Positions 26,672 through 36,327 of a stretch of 64,000 nucleotides of DNA are shown here, piece after piece. Position numbers and translations under genes: made by a program. The notes under the pieces are model-generated. The model worked only from the letters and a program-made list of their open reading frames with translations, searched no databases and was not told the DNA's origin. Each line of letters begins with the position of its first letter. Position 1 is the first letter of the stretch. The stretch is from the NCBI GenBank assembly GCA_038844785.1, contig JAWBRA010000004.1, forward strand, positions 1,496-65,495, in the 5' to 3' direction. The DNA is from Candidatus Caldarchaeum sp. GTDB lineage: Archaea; Thermoproteota; Nitrososphaeria_A; Caldarchaeales; Caldarchaeaceae.

Positions 26672-27646
26672 ATGCCTCTGCTTTATAAACATCCAGCGCG
26701 TCTTATAGACGTGTTCCCTCCCTGCGAGATTATGGCTAGGTATTTCCTGCCTGCGGTAAGAGGTGTTGTTGTCCACATGCTGAGGAGAAACGGCGTAGGC
26801 CAGCCGACCATAGCCAAGATGGTTGGCGTAACTCAGGCAGCGGTAAGCCAAATACTGCGGCGGGATGAAAGAAGCTACTTGAATGCGTTGGAGAAGATGG
26901 GTGTGGAGAGAAACGAAGCATTGTTGCTGGCTGGAATTCTCTGTGATGCCTTGGCTGAGAACCCGGCCCAGTCCACCGGCATACTTTACTCGTTCTGGCG
27001 TGGCCTGCTTTCCGAGGGGAGGCTATGTGCCTTCCATAGAAGTATGCATCACCAGCTATCCGACTGCGACATCTGCATGTCGCCGTCGCTCGATAGGTTT
27101 TTGGATGAGGAAAGGATGGCTGTTCTCCGAACTCTTGACAGATGTGTTAAAAGGCTTGAGGCATCTGTAACGTTTGAAAAGCTGATACCTGAGGTAGGCT
27201 CCAACATAGTATACTGCCTTCGGAAGGCTGAGACAATAAACGACGTGGCTGGCGTGGCTGGCCGCATAGTGGTGGTCGACGGTCGTGTGAGGTCTGTCGG
27301 CAGACCATCTTTCGGAGGCTCACGTCACCTAGCCAGCGTACTCCTAAGAGTTAGGGTGTACGACCCCTCTGTACGTTCTGCCATCAACATAAAAAACAAC
27401 CAAGATGTGAGGAGGATTCTTGAGGAGATGGGTGTGGAGTTGACTGAGGTTGAGCCGCGTTCCAAGCTTTTGTCAGAGGAGGAGGTTTTGCAGGATGTTG
27501 AAAGTTGTTTCAGAGAAAAAGTTGTCGAAGCCGTGCTTCACGGAGGAGGGATAGGATACGAGCCGGTGACATACCTCTTCGGAAAAAACCCAGAAGAGCT
27601 CGTCGAGAAGGTCTTGAAAATGTCGAATAGAATACTTAAGCCTTAG
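26672..27646 (+). CDS. HTH DNA-binding domain fused to ThiN-like (thiamine-phosphate synthase-like) ligand-binding domain; ThiR-type regulator candidate
   Basis: QPTIAKMVGVTQAAVSQIL HTH; C-terminal region with PEVGSNIVY...AGRIVVVDG pattern. True start is probably the Met at about 26732. Confidence 0.5.
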   Translation: MPLLYKHPARLIDVFPPCEIMARYFLPAVRGVVVHMLRRNGVGQPTIAKMVGVTQAAVSQILRRDERSYLNALEKMGVERNEALLLAGILCDALAENPAQSTGILYSFWRGLLSEGRLCAFHRSMHHQLSDCDICMSPSLDRFLDEERMAVLRTLDRCVKRLEASVTFEKLIPEVGSNIVYCLRKAETINDVAGVAGRIVVVDGRVRSVGRPSFGGSRHLASVLLRVRVYDPSVRSAINIKNNQDVRRILEEMGVELTEVEPRSKLLSEEEVLQDVESCFREKVVEAVLHGGGIGYEPVTYLFGKNPEELVEKVLKMSNRILKP

Positions 27647-28020
27647 ACGCAGACGTTGCACGAATCCACGTCTATATCTGGCTCTAGCTTTTTGTGTATC
27701 TCGCATAACATACGCATGCTACGTATGTTTTTAACAGCCTCGTTAATCTTTCTAGCAACCTCTTCCTTTGTCTGGTTTTTCAACACGGCTTCCACGACGA
27801 AGTCAACCCACTTGTTCAGCTCCTCGTTCCTCTCCCATTCGACCGACCATCCACGGACGCCTCTCAAGTAGTTGCTGACGGCTGCCTGAGTAACCCCCAG
27901 AACCTTGGCCACCTGTTCCTGCGTGAATTTTTTCTCGTAAACAAGCTTCTTCGCAGTAAGAGCCCTTATCATCGGTATCGTGACCTTCGACTCTATTTCA
28001 GCGGGCAGCAGCATTACCAA
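27643..28020 (-). CDS. small HTH regulator paralogous to the N-domain of 26672..27646, with C-terminal Cys cluster
   Basis: FTQEQVAKVLGVTQAAVSNYLRG against GQPTIAKMVGVTQAAVSQILRR; CEIHKK...DSCNVCV. Confidence 0.5.
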   Translation of the reverse strand: MVMLLPAEIESKVTIPMIRALTAKKLVYEKKFTQEQVAKVLGVTQAAVSNYLRGVRGWSVEWERNEELNKWVDFVVEAVLKNQTKEEVARKINEAVKNIRSMRMLCEIHKKLEPDIDVDSCNVCV

Positions 28021-28062
28021 TTAACATGTATTTCATCGATATATAAACGCTTACCAACATAA

Positions 28063-28865
28063 CTAAACTTTGATAACTTCAACGCCGAGCCTTTCGAGTG
28101 TTTTAAGCAGGTTGTTACGGTGCTCCGCTTTCAAGCCATCCCAGTCGACGAGGGCTGTTCGAGGGTTTTCCAAAGTCTTCTCCAAAGCTTGGCTGACCAT
28201 TCTCTCCGGCAGCGGGAAATGATGTTTCGAGGCTATGTGGCCTACAGCCGCGTCACCTTTCAAAACCGTCCTGAAGATATCTCTTGCGTAATGGCCTCCG
28301 CCAAAGCCGACGGCGTAGGTCTTGGGCTTTTCGCTTTTTTGGCCGCATACCTTGACACATGCTTCGGCCGTGGCCTCCGCCATTCTCAAGTCACTCCAGC
28401 TCTCCGGTGATGAACCCACTTCAACGAATATCAAAGGTTTTTCCGAGTATGGTCCGTGATGTGTTGCCTCTAGTCCGACCTCGACGTTTGTGAGCCCTGC
28501 ATTTTCGACAGCTTGAAGGCATGCGTGAACCGCTCTGTAAACAGCTTCCGCCGAAGTCATGGAAAGCGTCCACGGCCTACCCCCGTAGTCGGCTTTTTCA
28601 CTCCAGTTACCCGTGGAATGGACTAAAATGCATCTTCGCCCTGTTTCTGAAACATGTTTTGAGGCTACGACTATCAGGTCTGCGTTGACTGAGGCAACTA
28701 CTTTGTCTGCATAGAGCATGGATTCGTCCACAACCACCGCTTCCACCTCTTCTCCACGGTAAACGTTTGGAGAAGCATCTTCGACGAACCCAAATTTCTC
28801 CCTCAACATTTTTAGAATATTGGCTGCAGCGATGTCTTCAGAGGACATCATTATGACCGCCTTCA
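28063..28865 (-). CDS. dtdA: archaeal-type D-aminoacyl-tRNA deacylase (DtdA/DTD2)
   Basis: VHSTGNWSEKADYGG, ATHHGP, GFGGGHYAR and VDWDG match DtdA. A likely TTG start at 28865 (LKAVIMMSS..) replaces the 60-aa N-terminal extension of the listed ORF. Confidence 0.7.
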
Positions 28866-28922
28866 ACCCGCTGGTTCCCGAGCATGCTTGGTTAAATATT
28901 AATGCCTTATCTTTGATTATGT

Positions 28923-29768
28923 TTGTGGACGCCTCGAAGTATACCTCTTTTGGCGGGTGTTGAGGCACAGCGAATACTAGGGCTGAAGGGGAAGAAAGGT
29001 GAGGCAGAGGTCTCGCTGGACATAGGTTTGACACGTAAACCCTGTCTAGTGAGCGGGGACGGGATGTTTGTCGGCAAGCTTAAGGTCGGCTGGCGGCAGT
29101 TGGAGGAGATGGCGGAAAGCCCAGAGGATGTCTTCATACTCAAACGGAAGCCCCAAAGGCTTAGCTGGTTCGACGGCTCCTATTATAGAATGGTCCTCCC
29201 CAAGTGGGGGCATGCACCAACCCTTGAGATCAACGGCATCAGAATGCATCGAACGGTCGACATCTCTCCTGAGAGGGATGCGTTGCAGAAAGTTAGCCTC
29301 CTTCCAAGCCTCAAAAACTCCACAGTCTTAGACGTTTGCACTGGCCTCGGCTACACAGCCATAGCAGCCCTCAGGAGAGGTGCCTATCGTGTAGTGACCG
29401 TTGAAAAAGACCCTAACGTGCTGGAGATGGCTTCATACAACCCTTGGTCTAGGGAGCTGTTTGACAGACGTGTTAAGATTGTCTTGCGGGATGCTTTAGA
29501 TTTTCTACCCCGTTGTAGAATGGTATTCGATGCCGTGGTCCACGACCCGCCAACCATCAGAATAGCCGGCGACCTATACTCCCTAGATTTCTACCGCGAG
29601 CTTCACAGAGTTTTAAGGAATGGAGGTGTGTTGGTCCATTACGTGGGGCAGCCGGGCGTTAAAAAAGGTGTAAAAATTTACGTGGGGGTTATGGAGAGGC
29701 TCAGGATGGCCGGGTTCAAAACCCGCTACGTTCCATGGGCTCGCTGTGTATGGGCTGTTAAGGTATAA
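28923..29768 (+). CDS. class I SAM-dependent methyltransferase (RNA/protein MTase-like)
   Basis: VLDVCTGLGYTAIAA motif I and D/E-loop VEKDP; start may be an internal Met. Confidence 0.55.
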   Translation: MWTPRSIPLLAGVEAQRILGLKGKKGEAEVSLDIGLTRKPCLVSGDGMFVGKLKVGWRQLEEMAESPEDVFILKRKPQRLSWFDGSYYRMVLPKWGHAPTLEINGIRMHRTVDISPERDALQKVSLLPSLKNSTVLDVCTGLGYTAIAALRRGAYRVVTVEKDPNVLEMASYNPWSRELFDRRVKIVLRDALDFLPRCRMVFDAVVHDPPTIRIAGDLYSLDFYRELHRVLRNGGVLVHYVGQPGVKKGVKIYVGVMERLRMAGFKTRYVPWARCVWAVKV

Positions 29769-29776
29769 CAAATACC

Positions 29777-31372
29777 ATGAAGACCTCCTTTCGGGCAATG
29801 GACGAAAAACAAATGATAGGGCTTGGCACGTGGATAGACAAGCTGGCTTGGCGGATTGTTGAGAGAGAAAAGTCGTTAGAAAGGAGTCTAGAGATGCTAC
29901 GGACTGAGGCTGGGATAGCCGCGTCGGGTTTCGTACACATAGGCAGCATGTCAGATTCTGTCAGGGCTTACGCGGTTTCCCTCGCTCTCAAAAACCTCGG
30001 CTACAATTCTGAAATGGTCCAGTTTGCCGACGACATGGATGGGCTGCGAAGCGTGCCCGCCGAGATACCCAGAGAATACGAGAGATACTTGCTCCAGCCC
30101 GTTTCGCTGATACCCGACCCTTTCGGCTGCGATGAATCATACGCCGTCCACATGGAAAACATGCTCCTTGAAGCTCTTTCGAAGGCTGGGATGGAGGCTA
30201 AGCTTTTACGCGGATACAGAATGTACGCCGACGGGTCGCTTAAGAAACAAATAACCGCTATACTCTCTAACTGGAAGAGCATCGGCGAAATCATAGAGAA
30301 GTTCACAGGACAGCAGAAGTTCAAGACGATGCTGCCGTATTTTCCATTATGCCATGCGTGCGGAAGGATTTACACGACGCATGCAGAGGTCTTCGACGAA
30401 AAAACCGGCCGCGTGCATTATGTCTGTAAAGGGGTTGGAATTAAGAAAAGGTGGTTTGATGGATGCGGCTACGAGGGAGAAGCTGATGTTTCGAAGGCCG
30501 AGGGGAAGCTCTCGTGGAAGGTGGAATGGGCTGCTAGATGGGCTGCGTTAGACATAAGGTTTGAGGCATACGGCAAGGATTTAGCGGACTCGGTCAAGGT
30601 CAACGACTGGGTATGTAAAAACATTCTTGGGTTCGAGCCTCCCATGCACGTCCAGTACGAGCTGTTCTTAGATGAGTCTCGAAGAAAAATCTCGAAGTCG
30701 AGAGGTGTTTCTGTATTCACGCCCAGCGCTTGGTACAGGTATGCAAGCCCTCAAAGTCTCGTGCTGTTGCTGCTCAAAAGAATTAAAGGAACACGAGTTG
30801 TGTCACCAAGCCTGATACCAGCACTTATGAACGAGCTAGACCGTCTCGCTCAACAGCACTATTCAGGTAAGGGTGACCCACGTAAAACTGGACTTTATTC
30901 TTACGCCTATCTTCTTAATCCGCCGAAAACCCCTCCGAACACCATACCGTACAATCTCTTGGTTTTTCTGGCCTCCCTAGCCCCGCAAGGCCGTGAAATC
31001 GACTTCATCTTGTCGAAGCTCAAACGCTACGGATACAAAGTTGACGAACAGGCGGCAGAACGCGCCCAAATGGCTATAAACTACTACAAGTCATTCGGAG
31101 AACCTTCTGTTCAACACGTAGTTTTGGAGGGGCCGGTTAAAGCCGCTGTTTCAGAGGTTGCTGAAGCCATCAAACAGGCAGCCGACGTTGAAGGGCTGCA
31201 GTCCTCAGTTTTCGAAATAGCGCGAAAGCACGGAATCAAGCCCCCGATGCTCTTCCAAACTCTTTACAGGATTTTGCTGGGTCAGGACAGCGGTCCACGG
31301 TTCGCCACATTTGTGGTTGAAGACCTTGGGAAGGAAAAGGCTTACGAGATGATCAAAGCCTGCCTAGCATAA
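29777..31372 (+). CDS. lysS: class I lysyl-tRNA synthetase
   Basis: HIGS (HxGx) motif, DPFGCDESYA, KISKSRG (KMSKS) and archaeal LysRS-I layout. Confidence 0.85.
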   Translation: MKTSFRAMDEKQMIGLGTWIDKLAWRIVEREKSLERSLEMLRTEAGIAASGFVHIGSMSDSVRAYAVSLALKNLGYNSEMVQFADDMDGLRSVPAEIPREYERYLLQPVSLIPDPFGCDESYAVHMENMLLEALSKAGMEAKLLRGYRMYADGSLKKQITAILSNWKSIGEIIEKFTGQQKFKTMLPYFPLCHACGRIYTTHAEVFDEKTGRVHYVCKGVGIKKRWFDGCGYEGEADVSKAEGKLSWKVEWAARWAALDIRFEAYGKDLADSVKVNDWVCKNILGFEPPMHVQYELFLDESRRKISKSRGVSVFTPSAWYRYASPQSLVLLLLKRIKGTRVVSPSLIPALMNELDRLAQQHYSGKGDPRKTGLYSYAYLLNPPKTPPNTIPYNLLVFLASLAPQGREIDFILSKLKRYGYKVDEQAAERAQMAINYYKSFGEPSVQHVVLEGPVKAAVSEVAEAIKQAADVEGLQSSVFEIARKHGIKPPMLFQTLYRILLGQDSGPRFATFVVEDLGKEKAYEMIKACLA

Positions 31373-31424
31373 ACTTATATACTCCACACAACGTGCATAA
31401 CTGCAAAAAGAGTGAACAAAGGAA

Positions 31425-31853
31425 TTGAGCGAGCTTGTTAAGATTGGAAGCCTAACCCCGCGTTCTAGGGGTGTAAACCTTGTTGCAAAAATTGTTGAGA
31501 AACCAGAGCCACGCATTGTCTCTTCGCAGTATGACCAGGCTGAGCATCGGCTGACGGAGGCGTTGATAGCAGATGAAACAGGCGCCATAACCTTGGTTCT
31601 ATGGGACGACAACATAGACATTGTGAGCGAAGGTGATTCGGTGAAGGTTACTAACGGGTTCATAAAGTTGTTTAAAGGTAGGATGCAGCTGAACCTGGGA
31701 AGGTTTGGGAAAATCGAGCCCGCAGACGTAGAGGTAACAAACGTAAACGTGGAGAACAACCTTTCGCAGAAGGAGAGCTATTTCTCGGAGGAAAGAAGAG
31801 GGAGAGGCGGGTTCAGGTCTAGAGGTTTCCAGAGACGGCGGCCGTTCAGGTAG
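31425..31853 (+). CDS. ssb: single-stranded DNA-binding protein (OB-fold) with C-terminal RGG-rich tail
   Basis: ALIADETGAITLVLWDD OB-fold core similar to crenarchaeal SSB; RRGRGGFRSRGFQRRRPFR tail. Confidence 0.6.
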   Translation: MSELVKIGSLTPRSRGVNLVAKIVEKPEPRIVSSQYDQAEHRLTEALIADETGAITLVLWDDNIDIVSEGDSVKVTNGFIKLFKGRMQLNLGRFGKIEPADVEVTNVNVENNLSQKESYFSEERRGRGGFRSRGFQRRRPFR

Positions 31854-33114
31854 CGTTCTCCGGTTCTACGATGAAAACGCCTTTCTCACGCCCAACTATT
31901 TTTACCTTTTCCTGCTCCCCCACTTTTTTGAGAGCTTTCGCCTTCCAATATTCCCCGTCCACCACGATATAGCCTATCCCGCCGGGCTCAATCGGTTCAA
32001 CAGCCCTGCCATATCTTGACATCCATTCCCCAGGCCTTTTTTTCTGGGCTCTGTAGGATTTGTAGCCGAGAAACCCTAGGAATGCTGCAGCAAACACCGC
32101 AATAGCTATCACGGTTGTCTGGAACCGTGTGAGCCATTCCTGAGCGACGAATCTAGGAACCGGATTGTATCCTCCCAGAAGTATAATCCCTACTGTGAGG
32201 GCGAATATACCACCAGCTCCCGCCAATCCGAACCCCGGAGACATGAGCTCGTACAGCAGTAAACCGACGCCCACGGCGGTTAGCAGAGCGCCCGCAACGT
32301 TGATGTTTAAGCCCTGACCCACCAAGCCTAGGATTATCATCAATCCTCCAGCCACTTCACCGCCCCAGCCTGGCGAGGTGAGCCCAACAAGAAGGACCAG
32401 TATGCCTAGGGTTATCAAAAGGCTTGAGACAAGCGGGTCTGAGAGCAGAGCAACAGCACCCGCCGTAATGCTTGGTCCTACCTTCGTAAGCGGCAGGCCT
32501 TTCACTCTTAACACTTTCTCACCGGCTAGGGTTTTAACCACTTTGCCGTCGGCATTTGATAGAAGTTCCTCCACATCGGTGGCCACAGCCTCGATAAGGC
32601 CTGCTTGCAAGGCTTTCTGAGGGTTGAAGTTTTTGTTCTCCAACACTATTTTTACAGCCTCGTCCCTGTTACGGCCTTGGGCCTCTGCAAGGGTTCCCAT
32701 CTTCTCGGCGAAAAAGTTCAAAACCTTAGAGTCGGTGACGGGCTCGCCTCCCGACACGGGCTGGGCGGAGCCTATAAGCGTTCCAGGAGCCATGGCAGCA
32801 TAATGCGTAGCCATAAGGATGTATGTCCCAGCCGACAGAGCCTTTCCCCCAGCCGGGTAGACATACCCTATCACTGGGACGGGTGAACGCTGAATTGTTT
32901 CTACTATCTTCAGCATCGCATCAGCCTGGCCGCCCAACGTGTCGATGGTGATCAACACAGCTGAGTACTGGGATGCATGTGTGAACGCTTCCTCGACGTA
33001 GGTGGCTGTCCCAAGCGAGATGTAGCCGTTTATCTCAACCCATAAGATGGCATTCTGTTGGCCGGCTGCTGAAAAGACGGCTGCCAGCAAGATAGCCGCG
33101 AATAAAAACCTCAT
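31846..33114 (-). CDS. NfeD-family membrane-bound serine protease (stomatin-operon partner)
   Basis: ClpP-like fold motifs (IDTLGG, GKALSAG) plus C-terminal TM and OB domain. The Met at 33114 gives an ATGA overlap with the stomatin gene. Confidence 0.7.
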   Translation of the reverse strand: MRFLFAAILLAAVFSAAGQQNAILWVEINGYISLGTATYVEEAFTHASQYSAVLITIDTLGGQADAMLKIVETIQRSPVPVIGYVYPAGGKALSAGTYILMATHYAAMAPGTLIGSAQPVSGGEPVTDSKVLNFFAEKMGTLAEAQGRNRDEAVKIVLENKNFNPQKALQAGLIEAVATDVEELLSNADGKVVKTLAGEKVLRVKGLPLTKVGPSITAGAVALLSDPLVSSLLITLGILVLLVGLTSPGWGGEVAGGLMIILGLVGQGLNINVAGALLTAVGVGLLLYELMSPGFGLAGAGGIFALTVGIILLGGYNPVPRFVAQEWLTRFQTTVIAIAVFAAAFLGFLGYKSYRAQKKRPGEWMSRYGRAVEPIEPGGIGYIVVDGEYWKAKALKKVGEQEKVKIVGREKGVFIVEPENAT

Positions 33115-33929
33115 TCCTGTTTTTTGGATCCCACGACCCCTAGCATAGTGGCCAGCTCTCTCGCACCGGAATCTGTAACCACAATCATGTTCTTTTCTCT
33201 GGCTATCTCGCTCCATGTCTGAAGCTCCCTTAAACGTAGTGCGATTGGGTGTTGTGCGTAGTAGTCAGCGGCTTGGGCCATTTTCTCAGCGGCCATAAGC
33301 TCTCCTTCAGCCGTTATTATCCTGCTCCTACGCTCCCTCTCAGCTTCAGCCTGCTTAGCTATGGCACGCTGCATCATTTCTGGGATGACAACATCCCTTA
33401 ACGCCACTGTGGTAACTTTAATCCCCCACGGCTCTGTTGACTCGTCAAGAATTTGCTGAATCCTCTTGTTGAGCTCGTCGCGTCTGGTCAGCAGGTCGTC
33501 AAGCTCGACCTGTCCTATCACATCCCTTAAAGTCGTTTGCGCCAGCAAAGCAGAAGCCGTAAAGTAATCCTTCACCTTCAGCACAGCCATCTGCGGGTCT
33601 ATGACCCTGAAGTACACTATGGCATCCACATCGACTGTAACGTTGTCTTTCGTAATAATACGTTGTTTGGGGACGTCGAACGTAACAAGCCTCAGGTCTA
33701 TGATACGGCGTCTATCTATGAATGGTAGAATTATCACTACGCCGGGGCCCTTGACGCCGATAAGCCGTCCCAAACGAAAAATGACCGCCCGCTCATACTC
33801 GGTGACTATCTTTATCGATGCTGAGAGAATTATCAAAAGCAGGAGCAGAAGTAAGAACAGTGGAATTATAGTTTCTGCTCCCAGCAGCAAGGAGAGATAA
33901 ATTGATTTAACTTCTGGCAGCAAGTTCAA
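33111..33929 (-). CDS. SPFH/stomatin-prohibitin family membrane protein
   Basis: N-terminal TM followed by SPFH domain (YERAVIFRLGR...). Confidence 0.8.
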   Translation of the reverse strand: MNLLPEVKSIYLSLLLGAETIIPLFLLLLLLLIILSASIKIVTEYERAVIFRLGRLIGVKGPGVVIILPFIDRRRIIDLRLVTFDVPKQRIITKDNVTVDVDAIVYFRVIDPQMAVLKVKDYFTASALLAQTTLRDVIGQVELDDLLTRRDELNKRIQQILDESTEPWGIKVTTVALRDVVIPEMMQRAIAKQAEAERERRSRIITAEGELMAAEKMAQAADYYAQHPIALRLRELQTWSEIAREKNMIVVTDSGARELATMLGVVGSKKQE

Positions 33930-34052
33930 TCCACTAAACCCATAGATATTTCGAGGTTATTTAGGCTTTCTTTATCGGCGAAATACCTATGAATCATCTT
34001 AAAACATATTCGAATTATATGTAAAAAGAGGGGAAGTTATAGTCTTATATCA

Positions 34053-35513
34053 TTGCGTTTTGAATTAGACATGACAACTATGGACGACGGCTCTGAAAGC
34101 TTTGGCCAGGAGGCGAAAGGTTTGGAGGAGGGTGAGACAACCGAGCTTCTAACCGCTTTGAAAAACATGGGAGTAGGCCCTAGTCAGGTAAAGAAGTACG
34201 TCAAAGCAGCGTTGAGGCTTAGGGAGCTGGAGAAACAGTATGGAAAAAGCTACAACGTGCTCGTCAGAGATTATGAGAAAAAGTTCAGGGATAGCGTGAA
34301 GCTTGAGTACACCATAAACGAGCTTCTCGAGAAAAGAAAGCGTATCGAAGACGACTTGAAGGTTTACATGGAGCAGCACAAACTCACGCTCGAGACAATA
34401 AACAAAGTCGTCGCCGTCCTCAAAACGCTTGAACAATATTCTGTTGACGTAAACAACCTCGAAAACCTTGCCAAAACAGCTGCCAAAATGTCTCAGGCAG
34501 GGCTTGATGTGAAAACGGTGTTCGAACGGTTCGCCCGTCTCGAGGAAGCTGAAAACAGCTTAAAGGCTGTTAACGAGAAGATTTTGGAGCAGCAGATGAA
34601 ACTTTCTCAGATTCAGTCCGAGCTCGCTGAAAAAGAGGAAAGGCTGCGTAAAATTACCCAGTGGATGCCTGAGCTGGAAAACCTCGAGCAGGTGAGGGAG
34701 ACGCTGGAAAACAAGGTTTCCGAGCTTGAAACCAAACATGCCGAACTCTCCAAAAAGCTCGAGAAGATGGCCAAAGAATACGAGACCCTATATGGTTTCA
34801 AGGGTGATGCGGAGGCCGTCTTCAAGGCCATAGAAGAAAAGAAGGCTGAGCTTGAGAGGCTTAACGATGAAATCGAGAGAAAAAGGGAGACCGTGGAGAT
34901 TTTGGAAGAAGAAGTCTCATCCGCCCGCTCGCTGTTGATGCTCCTCCAAAACCCGGAGCTGGTCAGAAGGGAGGATCTCGAGACGCTTTCACGCCAGCTT
35001 GCAAACGTAGCCAGCGTTAAAGCTGGTGAGATACCTATTCTAAAGCCTTTGGAACAACCTCTCGTGGAAAACGTTAGGAAAAGAGTAGTTGAACTCGTTC
35101 TTCCAGTGATAAAGAACGACCTCATACCGCGCTGGGTTTTTGAAAAGCTTGAGAAAGAGTTTAAGGAGGTTGTTGCCAAGAAGGCGCAGCTGGAGGAGGA
35201 GAACGAAAAGCTGAAAACCGAGCTGCAGCGATACACTGCCGCAAAACCCGTCTCATCCGAAGCTGCTCCTACTCAATCTGCCGTCTTCTTCAGGCTTCGG
35301 AAGAAAGCGATACTCCTTCAAGACGACAGAGGTGTCAGGGTTAGGCTTAAATGCCCATACTGTCAATCGACCAATCTTCTGGTCCTTCCTTCTAAGATGG
35401 AGTTAGAGAGATGCATGGGCGACGGCGAACTGCTGGTGACGACATGTAATGGTTGTGGAAAAGACATCTCAGTGGACCCTGTCTACCTACATGAGAGGTT
35501 CTACAAGGGGTGA
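34053..35513 (+). CDS. long coiled-coil protein with C-terminal zinc-ribbon (CPYC...CNGC)
   Basis: Heptad-rich translation for about 400 aa; four Cys at the C-terminus. Confidence 0.5.
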   Translation: MRFELDMTTMDDGSESFGQEAKGLEEGETTELLTALKNMGVGPSQVKKYVKAALRLRELEKQYGKSYNVLVRDYEKKFRDSVKLEYTINELLEKRKRIEDDLKVYMEQHKLTLETINKVVAVLKTLEQYSVDVNNLENLAKTAAKMSQAGLDVKTVFERFARLEEAENSLKAVNEKILEQQMKLSQIQSELAEKEERLRKITQWMPELENLEQVRETLENKVSELETKHAELSKKLEKMAKEYETLYGFKGDAEAVFKAIEEKKAELERLNDEIERKRETVEILEEEVSSARSLLMLLQNPELVRREDLETLSRQLANVASVKAGEIPILKPLEQPLVENVRKRVVELVLPVIKNDLIPRWVFEKLEKEFKEVVAKKAQLEEENEKLKTELQRYTAAKPVSSEAAPTQSAVFFRLRKKAILLQDDRGVRVRLKCPYCQSTNLLVLPSKMELERCMGDGELLVTTCNGCGKDISVDPVYLHERFYKG

Positions 35514-35893
35514 TGTTTTTGAGAGACGTTAACCCTGTTGTTAAAATGTTGAAATGGAAGACTAGGTTGTTGACTGAGGAAGAGATCATGCAGGTGTTGG
35601 CGGCCGTGGCCAACATCGGTAAAACACCTTTCACGCTTACCGACTTAACAGACACGCTCGCCGACTCGCTTTCGAAAGACGAGAAAAAGAGGCGAAGCAT
35701 TTCAACGTTCCTGACAAACTTGGTTGAGATAGGCTATCTGTCCAAGCCATCCGAGAGAAAATGGGTGAAGAACGCTGCAAGCTTCAGCAGATACCTAAGC
35801 CCGTTACTTATAGAGCTTAACGAGATAGAGAAAAACCCGCCTGCACGTGAAAGGCAGGAGAGAAAGATTATACAGTTGGAAGGCAGCCGATAG
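35510..35893 (+). CDS. small winged-helix-like hypothetical protein, translationally coupled to the coiled-coil gene
   Basis: ATGA overlap; helix-rich with FTLTDLTDTLADSL...LVEIGYLSK segment. Confidence 0.4.
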   Translation: MMFLRDVNPVVKMLKWKTRLLTEEEIMQVLAAVANIGKTPFTLTDLTDTLADSLSKDEKKRRSISTFLTNLVEIGYLSKPSERKWVKNAASFSRYLSPLLIELNEIEKNPPARERQERKIIQLEGSR

Positions 35894-35901
35894 AGAAGGC
35901 C

Positions 35902-36327
35902 ATGCCTAGAAAACCTTCTGACCCGAAGTCACCCCGCTACAAAGCCAGGATTGGATACGAGGGCGAATACAGTCTGCTGAGAAAGTTTGTGGCCATGGGT
36001 GAAAAAGGATTTTACGCTTTGAGGACTCCCGGAAGCGGCTCTGGGAAGATGGCTAAGCCGGACATTGTGGCAGTGGACGGCGGAGAGTTTCTCGCAGTTG
36101 AGGTGAAGAGCAGCGGGAAACCGTATGCCTTGCTCACTGCTGAACAGGTGGCGAGGTTGATGGAGTTTGTTCAGAGGTTTGAAATCAAATGCCCCCACTG
36201 CGGTAAAAGATTTAACCCTAAACCTGTCGCCGCTATAAGGTTCGTGGGCAGGGGATGGCGTTTTATCGACTTGTCAAAACATACCATCGAGAAAGGAGTT
36301 ATCGTGAGATGGGATGAAAATGGCTGA
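35902..36327 (+). CDS. hjc: Holliday junction resolvase Hjc
   Basis: GYEGEYSLLRKF..GFYALRTPGSGSG..PDIVAV..EFLAVEVKSSGK...RGWRFIDL matches the Hjc catalytic core (E..D..E.K), with a short CPHC-containing insertion. Confidence 0.75.
   Translation: MPRKPSDPKSPRYKARIGYEGEYSLLRKFVAMGEKGFYALRTPGSGSGKMAKPDIVAVDGGEFLAVEVKSSGKPYALLTAEQVARLMEFVQRFEIKCPHCGKRFNPKPVAAIRFVGRGWRFIDLSKHTIEKGVIVRWDENG

Noticed and set aside
31846-33216. Full-length 456-aa NfeD ORF from 33216
   Set aside because: The N-terminal 34 residues overlap the stomatin gene by 106 nt. The Met at 33114 gives a signal-anchor start and a classic ATGA coupling.
34149-35236. Minus-strand ORFs inside the coiled-coil gene (34149..34436, 34613..35236)
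   Set aside because: Ser-rich antisense artefacts of a Glu/Lys-rich coiled-coil gene
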